From: Paraspadella gotoi | Lineage: Eukaryota; Animalia; Chaetognatha | Length of the DNA: 64,000 nt | Assembly: GCA_051294375.1 (NCBI GenBank) | Contig: CM119269.1 | Location: 3,366,903-3,430,902, forward strand | Direction of reading: 5' to 3' | Shown here: positions 13,936 through 28,393 of the stretch, in pieces | Layout of the letters: every line of letters starts with the position of its first letter | How positions within the stretch are numbered: position 1 is the first letter of the stretch | Position numbers and translations under genes: made by a program | Notes under the pieces: model-generated | What the model was told of the DNA's origin: nothing | Seen by the model: the letters and a program-made list of their open reading frames with translations, nothing else | Database searches by the model: none

Positions 13936-16265
13936 CTCTCTCTCTCTTACCGCTCTCTCCTCTCTCTCGTCCATCTCTCTCTCCCTTGCCTCTCTCCCCT
14001 CGTCAGCTGTTCGTATAAAAGTTTTTCTGGATGCATTCTTATTCGTTTTCATACCCAGCCCGTTGAGTTTTGTGCTTTGGAAAGCCAGTTGGTTGAATTC
14101 GTTGGTAATTCAAAATCCAAAGGGATATTTCCCCGTAACAGGAATTGACTAGCGCAAACGAGATAGAGATATATTGCATGTTGGTTTTCGGCGTCACGCA
14201 AACGGTTATTATTTCATTTCACAATCTTGCAATAAAAAAGAGGCTTTATAGCGTTAGGGCTTACCTTTGTATGAGTTTAATTTTCTATTTTAGGAACTTT
14301 TTAGAATATATAAAACCGGAGGAAAGTTTCCTTCGCATTTTCAAAAAACAATCTTTTTCTGTAAGAAAGACTGAATAAGTCGTTGGTAAAATATACAACC
14401 CCGCCGGGTTCGATGCGGAATTCCGTTCAATTCACTGAAGCACAGAAACATCTTGTTGTTTACATAAAACATTTTAAACGAAGTCCTCTACAAAAAATCG
14501 TTCACGGTTTGAAAGGCCACCGCCGACAAAAAATCGCGAGTTCAGTTTTCGCAAATTAACTTTTGGCGTTGTCAAATGGAAATTTTTTCATTTCTCGAAA
14601 CTGGAGAGAGTCTGATGATGAAAAAAAGCGGATTGGAGTTTCGATTTGGAAGTGGAGCCCGGATGTGCGCGAGGACTCAGATGATCGGAGGTGTGTGTTT
14701 TCGTGCTGAGACAGAGAAGGCCAACGATATGCCGGCCAATGAAGAGGGAAAAAGACAAAGTAGGAAGGAAAGAATAAAAATGCCGCAGAAGGATGGCGCG
14801 GAATTAGAAAAGGAAAGAAATTTAAAAAAAAGAAAAAGAAAAAAGAAAAACAAAGACAACGTCCGAAATTATTTTGCCGTTGTTTTTCATCTCTTAGCCA
14901 TCTGTCTTTCAGTTACTTATCAGGTAGGGGTATGTACGAAAATTTTTAAAAAAAAAATAGTTATTTTCAGCCACTTCCGCTTCCTTCTCTTAAATTTTCT
15001 TCTATTATATAGTATTAGATACATAGATCTTTATTGCTTCTCTAGACGTTAGGTGTTTTAAAATAAAATGTTTTAATCTTTTTCAGCTGTATGTTTTTTA
15101 TGTTTTCTCAGCATCTTGATAATTTTTTTTTTCATTCTCCATGAATATTGTTTCAACTTCTCCGCTACCGTATTCTTAATTCAACTTCAACAATCTTTTT
15201 TATTTTTTTTTTCTTTTTTCAATTTTTCAAACTGGGCCAGTACTGTGATGATATGATCCAAGATAGCAACACTGATGTGCATTCATGTTGGTTCGCTGTG
15301 GCCTCCGATTTTGCGCCGCCGTCACGTGACACTTTTGGGATAAGGAGTGGGAACAATCTGCAGTGCGGAGATTGAGAATGTTTTGTCCGGCCCAACGTCA
15401 GGGGATGTATTATTAATTCTTGCTAAATGGGAAATGAAGAGAAGGAAAAAATAAAGATTAAAAGAAAAAGAACACAACGACTCAAGGGATTAAGATGCAA
15501 TAAGAAAGTATAGCAGAAGAAATAGAGAAGACTTAAAGCATCTAAAGACAAGGAAGAAAAGAAAGACAACAGATTATTAGAAATGAAGATAAAGAAAGGA
15601 AGAGAAAAAAGAGAGAACTTGAAAAGATTGAGATGCTTAAAAAAAAAAAAGAAAGAATGAAGAGAAGATAGCACCCGTGAAAGGCAAAGGAAATAAACGA
15701 TAAAAAGTAAAAAAAAGCAGAAATGGGAGAAGAAAGGCATAAGGAAAAAAGGACTAAACGATCGACCATAAAGCTCTTAAACCAAGCTATAAAAACTTCC
15801 GTCGACATAATAAGATGAAATCTAAGAGCGTCAAGGCTCAAGAAGCGGCGATAGAAATGAGAAGGAAGAAAAGAAAGAAAGAAAGACAAGAATAAGAAAA
15901 AAAGCGAAAGAAACGAAATAATGAAACTTTGAAAGATTAGATTTTGAAAAAAAAAGAAAAGAAAGACAGGGAAAGAAAAGAAATAAAGAAAAAAAAAAGA
16001 AAGAGAGAAATAAAGAAATCAAGAACGAATAGAAAGAGAAGAAAGAAAGAAAGAAATCAAGAGTAAGGAAAGAAAAAAAGAAAAAAAAGAAAGAAAGAAA
16101 GAGCAAGAAAGTAAGAACGATTTAGAAAAGGAAATAAGAAAGGATAAGAAGGAAAAGAAAAGAGAAGGATAAGTGGAAAGGAAAAAAAGAAAGAAAGAAT
16201 AAAGAAATAAGCCATGACTAAAGAAAGAAGCATAAAGACAGAATACCACAAAGATAAGAACGGAT

Positions 16266-16300
<35 letters not shown>

Positions 16301-16596
16301 AAAGAAAGAAAAGAAAAGCATGGAATCGCATGCGGAAACAAATGTATGATTATAAGTTTTTATTGCTACTAGATGAAATCTAACATTGGAACACAACCAT
16401 GATAGACGAAGGGAAAGCGAAATTTTTGATCGACGCTGAGCGCCGCTCAGTTGAGGCCGGCGTCAAAGCGAAAAGATATCCGATTAAACAAACATAGGAA
16501 GCATTCGCATGCGGAGACGTGAGTGCCAGTGACATGAGACGGAGTCTCTAATCCCAGGGGGAGAGAGAGAGAGAGATGAGATCAGAGAGATGGAGC

Positions 16597-16631
<35 letters not shown>

Positions 16632-19548
16632 CAAAGAGAGAGACTGAAGAGAGAGAAGACTTTAGAGAGGAGAGAGAAAGAGAGGAGAGAGAGAGAGAGG
16701 AGAGAGGAGAAGAGAAGCAGAGAGATGAGAGAGCAGGGAGAAAGGGTTATTGATTTTTACCGTTTCTTACACGGTTAAACGTTTGCAAAGCCAATAAAAG
16801 AAAATAGCCTAAGAAAATTCGTTATTTCTATCGCGAAAAAAAACTTGGAAAGGAATTCCTTCAGATTCTGGCCCCCCAAAAAAAGTGTTATCTTAATAGA
16901 TTTTCTGATAATAAAAAAAAAGAGCATTTCGAGTTCGGATTTCGCCGGAAGAGAAAAGGATAAAAGCCAATTCGACCTTTGTTTTATTTATTCTTGAACA
17001 AATCGGTTTCGAGTTCTACTGCTTAATTGCGACTTAATTCTTTTACAGTTGTTCGCGATGGATCCATAATTCCTGAATTTTATGTAGATTATCTGTTTAG
17101 TTTTTATGCTATTATGTGCTATTAGCTCTGTGCTCAATGCTCATTTATCTTGAATGTCAAATTGTTTTTCTTTTATGCGTTTTATCGTTTATCTTTTTAT
17201 CGTTTTAACTGTTCAAATTGTTTCTTTGTATCTCAGAAAAATTTTTAGGGAGGGAATAATTATATTTTACAACGAAAAAATTCTATTTTTTTATAACTTT
17301 AAAGCCGCTAATATACTTCTGCAGAGCTGCATGGTGTTTGCCCTACCAAATCTTGAAATTAAACAAACCAGCAGAACGAAGTAAACGAACAAAAGGCTTT
17401 ATGAATAAACTGAACTACAAGCAATACAAACATCTTTCTGACTTATCGCTCGTCGAAAATGCTCCCGGGCCGGGGGGGGATGGCGGGGAAAACCCCGGGG
17501 GGGATAAATCGGGGCCGTTACGCGACCGTACGGCGAAAAGGTACGGCATCAACGTAGGAAGCACAAGATTTTTCAATGTAAAACCAGGAGCGGATAAAAT
17601 TCGGAAAAGGTCAGACCGACGAGAACCATTTGAATATATACATTGTCCGCCGCTCCGTCTAAAAAAAGAGATTATAGGAAGATAGGAAAACCAATTACTT
17701 CGCGTTTTACACTGTTAAATATTTCGCGTTTTTCTTCACGATGATAAAGACCAGAGAAAAAGATTCAACTCAAGAGGCTTCCGGTGTTAACCAATTAAAA
17801 TCTCGGAGATAAACTGTATTAGGTCAAAGATCTCGAACGGAATCCAGTTGCAGCTTGGACATTTTGAAAGGAGTCAAGGCTGGAAAGGGCGCGCCGTTTG
17901 GGATGGCAAGGTGGTCACGAACAGGAGGCGCGCGAACGGCGTCTACTTTTCTTGATACCGGTTCGATGCAGCACGGGTCCAGGATTCCGACGGAGAAATC
18001 TCCGAGTGGTTCGCGGCGGCGGGGGGGTAGCAGAGAAGAGTGGTGGGGCAGCGCCATGGCGCGTTTGCCCGTGAGGACAAGTTCCTTACTGAGAAAAGCC
18101 GAAAAATGTCTTAAGGCTTTGCAGAGAAAAGTGGGAACAGGTTAGGCTGACTGTTTAGGCATCCTCGGAAAGATGTCTGGGATGGCGAGAAGTTAGGCTA
18201 TGCTAATGAGGATTGCGTTCTTAAGGCGGTCGCCACGGGGTTAAGGCTCTTATGGGGGGTCGAGATATATAGGGGTTTGCTTAAAGATAGAATTCACTGG
18301 GCGGCGTTCATATCGGCCGTCGTAACATGCTTTATATCAGGGACTTGTTTAGAGATGAAAGAAAAGAAAAAAGATCGATGAACCGAAGAGAGAAGCTGCG
18401 AGCTACTCTGTTCTACCACCTTCCACCCCAACGCCCCCCTTTCCACCTTGACTCCTTTCAAAATGTCCAACTAAACTGGATTTCCGTTCGAGATCTTGAC
18501 CTAATACAGTTATCTCCGCAAATATATTGGTTAAACGGGCCTCCTGAGTTGAATCTTTTTCTCTGGTCTTTATCATCGTGAGAANNNNNNNNNNNNNNNN
18601 NNNNNNNNNNNNNNNNNNNNNNNNNNNNNNNNNNNNNNNNNNNNNNNNNNNNNNNNNNNNNNNNNNNNNNNNNNNNNNNNNNNNNNNNNNNNNNNNNNNN
18701 NNNNNNNNNNNNNNNNNNNNNNNNNNNNNNNNNNNNNNNNNNNNNNNNNNNNNNNNNNNNNNNNNNNNNNNNNNNNNNNNNNNNNNNNNNNNNNNNNNNN
18801 NNNNNNNNNNNNNNNNNNNNNNNNNNNNNNNNNNNNNNNNNNNNNNACGGTCGCGTACGCATTCCCGGTTTTCCGCATCGCGCGCATTTTTCGACGAGCG
18901 ATAAGTAAAGAAAGATGTTTGTATTATGTTTGTGTTCAGTTTATTCATAAACCTTTCGTTCGTTTACTTCGTTCTGCCGGATGTTTAATTTCAGATTTGT
19001 AGCAAAAGCATGAGCTTGCGAGTATATTAGCTTTAAAGTTTAAAAAATGAATTTTTCATTGTAAAATATATTTTTCCTCCCGAAAATTTTTTCTGAAATA
19101 AAAGAAACAATTTGACAGTTAAAACGATAAAAAGATAAAACGATAAAACGATAAAAGAAACAATATGACATTCAAACGATAAATGAGCATTGAGCAAGAA
19201 TAATAACACTAATAGCACTAAAAATAAAAAGATGATTCCATAAAATTCAGCAATTAGGGATCAATCGCGGACACTGTAAAAGAATTAAGTCGCAATTAAG
19301 CAATAGAATCGAAACGATTTGTTCAGAAAAATAAAAAAGGTCGAATTGGCTTTCATCCTTTTTCTCTTCCGGCGAATCCGAACTCGATGCTCTTTTTTTT
19401 ATTATCAGAAAATCTATTAAGTAAACTTTTTTGGGGGCCAGAATTTGAGGAATTCTTCCAAGTTTTTTCGATAGAAAACTTTCTTAAGCTATTTTCTTTT
19501 ATTGGCTTTGCAAACGTTTAACTGTAAGAAACGGTAAAAATCAATAAC

Positions 19549-19581
<33 letters not shown>

Positions 19582-19863
19582 NNNNNNNNNNNNNNNNNNN
19601 NNNNNNNNNNNNNNNNNNNNNNNNNNNNNNNNNNNNNNNNNNNNNNNNNNNNNNNNNNNNNNNNNNNNNNNNNNNNNNNNNNNNNNNNNNNNNNNNNNNN
19701 NNNNNNNNNNNNNNNNNNNNNNNNNNNNNNNNNNNNNNNNNNNNNNNNNNNNNNNNNNNNNNNNNNNNNNNNNNNNNNNNNNNNNNNNNNNNNNNNNNNN
19801 NNNNNNNNNATGTTAATTTCATTAGTACAAAAATTATAATCCATCTTTGTTTCCCGCCGATCC

Positions 19864-19899
<36 letters not shown>

Positions 19900-21500
19900 N
19901 NNNNNNNNNNNNNNNNNNNNNNNNNNNNNNNNNNNNNNNNNNNNNNNNNNNNNNNNNNNNNNNNNNNNNNNNNNNNNNNNNNNNNNNNNNNNNNNNNNNN
20001 NNNNNNNNNNNNNNNNNNNNNNNNNNNNNNNNNNNNNNNNNNNNNNNNNNNNNNNNNNNNNNNNNNNNNNNNNNNNNNNNNNNNNNNNNNNNNNNNNNNN
20101 NNNNNNNNNNNNNNNNNNNNNNNNNNNNNNNNNNNNNNNNNNNNNNNNNNNNNNNNNNNTTCTTTCTTTCTTTCTTTTTTTTCTTTATTTCTTTCTTTCC
20201 TTCTTTCTTTCTTTTTTTCAATCTATCTTTCAGTTTCATTCTTTCAGTTTCATTCTTTCTTTCTTTCTTTCTTNNNNNNNNNNNNNNNNNNNNNNNNNNN
20301 NNNNNNNNNNNNNNNNNNNNNNNNNNNNNNNNNNNNNNNNNNNNNNNNNNNNNNNNNNNNNNNNNNNNNNNNNNNNNNNNNNNNNNNNNNNNNNNNNNNN
20401 NNNNNNNNNNNNNNNNNNNNNNNNNNNNNNNNNNNNNNNNNNNNNNNNNNNNNNNNNNNNNNNNNNNNNNNNNNNNNNNNNNNNNNNNNNNNNNNNNNNN
20501 NNNNNNNNNNNNNNNNNNNNNNNNNNNNNNNTGAGAAAAATAAACAGCTGAAAAAGATAACATTTTTATTTAAACCTAAGTCTAAGAGAAAGCAAGAAAG
20601 AAATCTATGTATTAAAACTATATAATAGAAGAAAATTTAAGAAGGAAGCGATGCTGAAATAACTATTTTTTTAAAAATTCGTACATACCCTGATAAGTAA
20701 CTGATAATTTCGCTTGTCTTTGTTTTCTTTCTTTCTTTTTTTCTTTCTTTCTTTTCTATCCGCCCATCCTCCATTTTTTATCTTTCTCCTCATTTTCTTT
20801 TCCTCTTCATTGACCCATATCTGGCTCTCCTGTCTCACACCTCCGATATCTGAGTCTCGCACTCTCCTTCCAAACTCCATTTCCCTTTTTCATCAGACTC
20901 TTCCTCAGTTTTCGAAATGAAAAATTCATTTGACGCCAAAAGTTAAATTTGCGAAACTGACCGATTTTTGTCGGCGGTGGCCTTTCAACCGTGAACGATT
21001 TTTGTGAGGCTTCGTTTAATGTTTATGTAAACAAAGATGTTTCTCTTCAGTGAATTGGAACGGAATTCCGCATCGAACCCGGTTGTTATTTTACAACGAC
21101 TATTCAGTCTTTATTAACAAAAAAATGTTTTTGAAATGCGAGGAAACTTTCCCGGTTTTATTCTAAAGTTCCTAAAAATAGATAAAAACTCATAAAAAAG
21201 TTAAGCTCTACGCTATAAAGCTTTTTATTGAAATTGTGAATGAAAATATAACCGTTGGTGACCGAAACATGCAATTTANNNNNNNNNNTTTGCTAGTCAA
21301 TTCTGTTACGGAAATATCCCTTTGGATTTTGAATTCACCAACGCTTTCAACGGGCTGGGTAGAAAACGAAAGAATGCATCCAGAACTTTTTACGACTGCA
21401 GCCGAGAGAGAGGAGAGAGAGAGGAGAGAGCAGACGAGAGAAGATGAGCAGAGGAGAAGAGAGAGAGAGGAGAGAGAGACGAGAGAGAGAGAGTCAGAGT
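13936..21500. repeat. Large noisy inverted duplication (arms ~13936-17930 and ~18400-21500); probable assembly or amplification chimera
   Basis: For example 17733-17925 is the reverse complement of 18403-18584, 16741-17420 of 18930-19550, and 14010-15070 of 20535-21400. Many 1-bp indels separate the arms. The left arm begins immediately after the 25-N gap at 13911-13935. Confidence 0.9.
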
Positions 21501-22302
21501 AGAGGGGGGATTGTTTAATTTGCATTCCGGAAAGACTTGTTTACAGCTGGCGAACGTGCGTACGCGCACATAGTCTGCAGAATCACAAAGGCCGGTGTGG
21601 TAAGCGCGGAGGGTTTACGCAGGTTGGTGAGCGCGCCGGGCGGTTTCTGCTTCTCTCTCCTCTCTCCTCTCTCTCTCTCTTCCTCTCTGCTCTCTCTCTC
21701 TCTCTCTCTCTCTCTCTGCTTCTCTCTCTCTCTCTCTCTCTCCGCTTTTCATAAACCTACTTAAACAAATATGTGGTTCATGTTTTCCCCCGACAATTCC
21801 CTTCACTTTCTCCCATTGCCTTCTTTTTCCGCATTATGCATTAATCAAATTACCCAACATAATCCGCAACCTGTCTTACCAATAACCCATTTCGTACTCA
21901 TTTTTTTCCCCGCCAGATCGAAAACGTTCACAACTGCTTGGCGCTTCTGTCGGAAATCGGCTGTCAACGTCGAAGGCATAAACGCTAAAGACGTCAGAGA
22001 AGGGAAACTTAAAAGCGATTCTCGGTCTTATCTTTCGCCCTCTCGCGGTACAAACAGGAACAAAAGGCCAAACTTTCAACAGCAACAGCAAGGAGCAACA
22101 ACAGCGTTCGCCAACACGAGGCGTCGGATACTCGTCTCGCGCTGGAAGGTTACAAAGATTTTGTTTAATTATTGTATTTAGTACGTAAATACCCATTTTT
22201 ATGTTTATTTGTTTTTAATATTATTCGGAATAATTTCCACCCGCATTGATCGTCCGTCATTCTCACCTCACCATATGCATCCCACCCACAATATTCAGAA
22301 AG

Positions 22303-22402
22303 CCAATCACGTTCTTCCTCGTCTTTCATAGCAACCAATCGCGACTTCGACCTCTTCTCTTCCGGCCAATCAGGCCGCGGGGTGGATTGCCGTATCGCCA
22401 AT
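22303..22402 (+). promoter_or_regulatory. Four phased CCAAT boxes (spacing 32/31/32 bp); promoter of the 22847 gene
   Basis: CCAATC at 22303, 22335, 22366 and 22398, followed by a candidate 5'UTR donor (GG/GTGAGT, ~22483) and the long ORF at 22847. Confidence 0.7.
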
Positions 22403-22846
22403 CAAAATAGTCGTCGGATCCCAGCGACGTTCGTCTTCGTTGGGCCACGATTCCAGCTACATCGTCCCTCCATGTGGCCACGGGTGAGTTCGAGATTCAC
22501 TTCCTTTCATTTTCTTTCTCCTTTTCTTCCTTTCGCGTTTTCATTCGAATTCTAAACGCGTCGTCCTTCTCTTTCCTTTGTGTTTTTCTCTCAACTTCCT
22601 CTTTTAAAAAAAGAATATTACTTTCAATACTGTTATTTGTACATTTCGGTCCGAATCTTCGCTTTCAATTCCACTTTCAAATTTTCCCACCCCGTCAAAC
22701 AAAACAAAACAAAACAAAACAAAACAAAACAAAACAAAACAAAACAAAACAAACAAAACAAACCTCCTCCATAAAAAGAGACGTCTTTTCCGCCTCATAA
22801 TTTTCCGGCGTCGAACGATCCGGCATCCGTCCATCTCCCGGTCACG

Positions 22847-23870
22847 ATGCCGGCGCCGGGATCGGGATTCGGTTTCGTCAACCGACTCCTCGTCCGTCGT
22901 TACGGTTCCGGCGGCGGAAGTAGCGGCGGAGAGGATAGCAGCGGCGGCAGGGGCGGCGGCGTCACTGCAACCGGCGCCGTGGTAAGCGGAGATTACGGAT
23001 CAGGAACGGCGTCGACCTCGATTCCAACCGGCGCTGTTTCGTCTAGAATCGCAACTGAGAACGACCGCCTCGTCAACGCCAACGACGCCGCCAAAGACGA
23101 AGACGACGACGGCGTCTTCTTCGAGGAAGACGACGCCGGTCAACAGTCTTCGGCGTCGAACTTTAAAACATTGAAATTTAATCGTAAAAATGCCGGAGCT
23201 TTTTCTCCCTCCGGCGCCAAGAACTCGATTGAGGACGAAATAGGCACGAATTGCCACCGAAGGCGCCGTGAACGACCAGGAAAACCCGGTGGCGCCCGAT
23301 TCGTTGGTCCGGGCCTTGAAGTCGCGCGGTCTTCGAGGACGCCGTTGATTGATCCTCACCTTTCTCAACCGGCGACGTTTAAGCCTCTCAACTTCCCCTC
23401 TGCTCAAACTCCAACACTTCCTACCCGAGGAGTCAAGGACCCTAGCATTCCTCAAGGTTATCGACCGATCAAACCGTCGCACCTTGCCCTTCCGGCCACT
23501 CGCCCACCTGTGCAGCAACATCATAATTCCAAAATGCTTCAGCGCTCCCCTCAGCAGCTGCAGCCTAAACTGAGCAGCCATTCTCATTCCGCATTCGAAA
23601 CCGTTCCGCAGCTGATGCAGCCTCCGCATCCGCTGCAAACGCCGAAGCCGACGCCGCCTCCTCGGTCGTCGCCTTCGCCTCCGCCTCTTCCGGTGCGATC
23701 AAAGATATCCGCGCCTTTCGTTGCGCCGCCGAAAAGACCTTTTTCATTGGCCCTTCCGATTGGTCGAAATCTGGCGAGTCCTCCTCCAATCGCGCCCTTG
23801 AAACCCTTACCCCCGACACCTCCGACGAAAACCTCACCTCCTGTTTCTTCCTCTTCAACGGTTTCGTCCG
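22847..23870 (+). CDS. Large first coding exon of an unidentified Gly/Ser/Pro-rich, probably disordered protein
   Basis: 341 open codons with the GC-rich codon style of the neighbouring genes. The frame drops into AT-rich sequence at a G/GTAAAG donor (23870/23871, phase 1). No recognisable domain. Confidence 0.7.
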
Positions 23871-24064
23871 GTAAAGCCCAAAAATCTAAACAAAAATTTT
23901 TTTGCTGTGTCTTTTGTTTTTTTTTCGGTTCTTCGTTTTTGTCTTTCAAGTTTCCAATAGAGGGCAGCTTTAACTTTTGAACCCGTTTTTTTATTTGACA
24001 AATGACTAACGCCGCGTGGATTTTATTTTGTGAATGGGTAACCGGTTGTAATAATAGTAGTGTC

Positions 24065-24630
24065 AACTTTTTTAGAATTATGGCGATTTTTACTTTATTA
24101 ACAATAGCAAAAAGAAAACATTGTTATCTAAAAGCCGTGCAGATGTAAAAAATAAATTAAGTTAATAATTTCAATATCTGTTGAAAGTTAGTTCCCTGAT
24201 GGAATTTCCCCAATATTAGGAATATTGACGAATTTAAGAATTTGGGAGTTCCTAGTAAAAATAAAATCGGTCAAAATTGAGTTAAAATTGGAAAACAAAA
24301 ATAATATTACTGCGAGTACAATTAAAGAATTTAGGAGTTCCTAGTAAAAATAAAATCGATCAAAATTAAGCTAAAATTGGAAAACAACTTTTTTAAAATT
24401 ATGGCGATTTTTACTTTATTAACAATAGCAAAAAACAAACATTGTTATTTAAAAGCAGTGCAAATGTAAAATATACATTTAAGTTAATAATTTCAATGTC
24501 TGTGTAAAGTTAGTTCCCTGATGGAATTTCCCCAATATTAGGAATTTTGACGAATTTAAGAATTTGGGAGCTCCTAGTAAAAATAAAATCGGTCAAAATT
24601 GGAAAACAAAAATAATATTACTGCGAGTGC
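24065..24630. repeat. ~320-bp tandem direct duplication with an internal ~60-bp partial third copy
   Basis: ATTATGGCGATTTTTACTTTATTAACAATAGC...AAGTTAGTTCCCTGATGGAATTTCCCCAATATTAGG occurs at ~24077 and ~24398. AAGAATTTRGGAGYTCCTAGTAAAAATAAAATCG occurs three times. Confidence 0.9.
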
Positions 24631-25859
24631 ATCCGAATCTCGATATTGCCACGCATGGGAGACACTTGATGCTCAGAAATCAGTCACGAATGTCACAACT
24701 CACAAGTGCCACGAATGCGTGCAAAACCGAAAAACGGCAATTATTTTCGTTTCGGTGGTTAACCTGAAAAATCACGGCGAATTTTTGGTAAAAAAAAATA
24801 TATATATTTGTTGTACCAATTTCAAAAAAGTTTTTCGAGTCGTGCGATGAAGAGCAGAAAATAAAACGAGTCGTGAAGAAAAAAAAAAGTATCGATTCCA
24901 AATTTGAAGGAAGAATCGCATTTGAACGTGTGGCGGATTCGAGACTGACGGCGGTTAAAAACTTAGATTTAGTCGTCGTCGTCGTCATCGTCGTCGTCGT
25001 CATCGTCGTATTCAAGTGTTTTTTTTCATTTATACCGGCTAAGTTCCAGGAATTAAGAAGAAATAACAAAGAAAAAGAAGAAGCGACGAACATGATATTT
25101 CATGAGAGGAAGGCAATCGATGACGTCAGGACGCACTCCGTGGCTTCTGATTGGCTGGAAGAGCTTTTTAGTCGATAGTGGTTGGACGAGATGAAAAGGT
25201 GCAGAGTTTATAATCTAAAAACTTATGAAAAATTACGAGTAACTAAGTAAATAAGGCAGGCGTAAAAAATATATTTATTTTTAATTAATATTTTTAAAAT
25301 CCGAATGTCAAACTTTGTGATACTTAAATTAAAAGCGCTCATTTACATCTGAAAAGAATAAATACTGAGGGTGGGGCGAAGCAGAATTCGGGGCATGTCC
25401 TTTATATTGACTTCGATTCCACCCAAATTTATATCTGATTCCTCAATTATACCCCATTGTTAGCGTGAGACGTTTCGCCCACTGATTTGTCGTAAAAACA
25501 AAAGAAAAAAATATTTATTATCGTTGGCGTCTGGAGCCAAGCATTGTGTCGCCGGCAAAATGCAGATTATCCGCTAAAAGTCAAAATCGGAGAAAAAAGA
25601 GAATCTGAACAAAAAGAAAAGAAAACCAAAAAAAAAAAAAAACAAAACCATAATACGGAATAAAATATCGCAAAAGAGAATTATTATGCATGTTTGTTTG
25701 TTTATTCTTTCATAATTACGGAGAAAGCGTTGTTAAAAACGTTTAAACACACCCTTGTCCTTTTGTTTCGAGGCGATTTTGTAATATAACCGTTTTTTTC
25801 GTAGGGAAGCGATCATTTCTTTTTTAGATGACTAATTCTTCTATTTTTGTCGTTGAAAG

Positions 25860-25962
<103 letters not shown>

Positions 25963-26311
25963 CATTATCGCTATTGTCACGCCAAGTCGTGATTCCCATA
26001 CCATAGCCCAGTGAAATCACGCTGTTCTTAATTTCTAATTCTGCTTAACCTTTCAATATCTACGTTTCTATCGAAATAGTGAAAACGTAGCTATTACTTC
26101 CTCGTTTTAAAATTATTCTAAGATTAAGTTTACTGACTCATCACAATCAAAACCGCTTCAATGAAAGTTTAATTTCAAATTCGATGAGACACTTTTATTT
26201 TGGCTATCGCGTTTCGTTTTCTTTTTCTAGTATCGTTATCGTCTATGACATAAGTAATTACGTAAATAACGACGATGCGGATGTCGAAAACTATGAATTT
26301 GACGACTGCAG

Positions 26312-28066
26312 GAAAACGTGACGAAGATTCGGTTCTTTGTTATTTTCGTGACTTTAGGTTATATTGTACAATGTTATGTTATGTTATGTTATGTTATGTT
26401 ATGTTATGTTGTACATCGTCCTTTGTTTTCGCGCCGGTGATAAAAATACTTTTTTCTTTCTTACTGTCGAGATAAATCTACTAAATAGGTTGAGGCGTCT
26501 CCAATAAGGCGTAATAAAATTTCTAAATCTAACTTTAATTAAAATTCGAAAAGTGAGGAACGAACAATATTATACTAATGAACATTTATGTAATAAAAAA
26601 ATTTATAATAAATTTTACAATTTACGCAGTAGGCCATATTTATACTAGTACTAAACCAATAAATGTTAAAATTTCAAAACAGTTTTTTCTAAGATTTTTT
26701 TGCAGATTTGGATTCGTCATAAAAAGTTGATAAGATGAAATATAACTCTTTTTGAAAAATTCCTTCATTAAGTGGGTCAAAAATTAGAAAAAGCTATATT
26801 TTAAACTGAAAATTAATTTTTTATATATTAAATATAGTTTTTTTAATTTTTAACCCACTTAATGAAAGAATTTTTAAAAATGATTTATATTTTCTTTTAT
26901 CAACTTTTGACGAGGAATTCAAATCTGCAATCAAAATTAAGAAAAGCCTATTTTGAAATTTTTTGATTTTATAAGGATAGTACTATATATAAATATAGCC
27001 TACTGCGAAAATTAAAAAACAAAATTACTTTTTTTTACAAATTAATGTTCATTGATGGTATGTTGTTCATAATTGACTTTTAGAATTTTCGTATGTAACT
27101 TTCACTACGCCTTAGTCTCCAATAATTATTCATTTGTAATCTAACTTACACGGTTCCCTTGACACCCCGTAAAAGAATTTGAAATAACCCATTTTTAAAA
27201 CACACACAAAAAAAAAATATAATATTTTTACTACACCGTAGTGAAGTCAAAAAATACTGATCCAAGGAAGTTTTTTTTTTTAATTGAAGTTCAAAAGTTT
27301 GCTTATAATTTTTTATACAAAATAATGAGAAATTCTTTTCTTTTACGTGGTGTCTAAGGAACCGTGCTTAACATAACTTAACTTTTGAGTTTTTCTTTGT
27401 CTCTTTTTCCTTCTTCGTCCTTTTTTTCTAAAATCAGAATTAGGGTAAAAATCCTGACTCAGATTCATATCGTCACGTCATTTTGCAGGTGACGAAGTTT
27501 CTGACTTTAATTCTGGCTGATTTCGAAGGTGGCATTTTTTTAATCTTTGATCTCTATTTTTAAAAGAAATAAGTACGTTTTTGTTTTATCTCTGCAAATA
27601 GAGAACTCGTTTAATAGGAAACCTTTTATATTTAATCAAAAATTAGTAACGAATCATAACAATATTTCAAAAAAAAAAAATAATAATACCGCGATATTTT
27701 GAAATTGAAAATAATAAAATAACTTTTAATTGTTTCCCTCATTAAACAAAATACGTTAAGTAATTTCTTCCAGAAAAAAAAAAGGTTAAAATTAAGCCTA
27801 CTACTTCTCCGCCAAACAATGATTTTTCCTTCTAATTAAAACCTGATTTAAACCTTTTGTATCGCGCGATCGGAAGAATTAAAGGTCAGGCTGGAACCCG
27901 TCACCCGATCTCGTAGTCCCGTTTACTGCGTCGAATATGTTTGGGTTTTGCATTTGTGTCTGGAATTCTTTTTTAATTCTGCGGCTTGATTTTTTTTTCT
28001 AAACTTTTGGGATGGAATTATTCAATTCTCGCCAACTTGAAATACAATTTAATTTTTTTTCTTTCC

Positions 28067-28164
<98 letters not shown>

Positions 28165-28299
28165 TACGTACTTTCTTTCGTAAATTTCGCTCATTTTCAT
28201 CTCTATAGGTCGTGATTTGAACTGGAAACTCGTCAAACCGGTTAGTTTTTAAGTATAACTATAGCTTAAATAAAGCTCAACTAATATAGCAAAAAGTAT

Positions 28300-28393
<94 letters not shown>

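Noticed and set aside
17338-18330. GC-rich ORFs 17338-17685, 17824-18057 and 17855-18145
   Set aside because: They lie in the noisiest part of the palindrome arm and loop. The mirror copy does not preserve the frames, and no motifs are recognisable.
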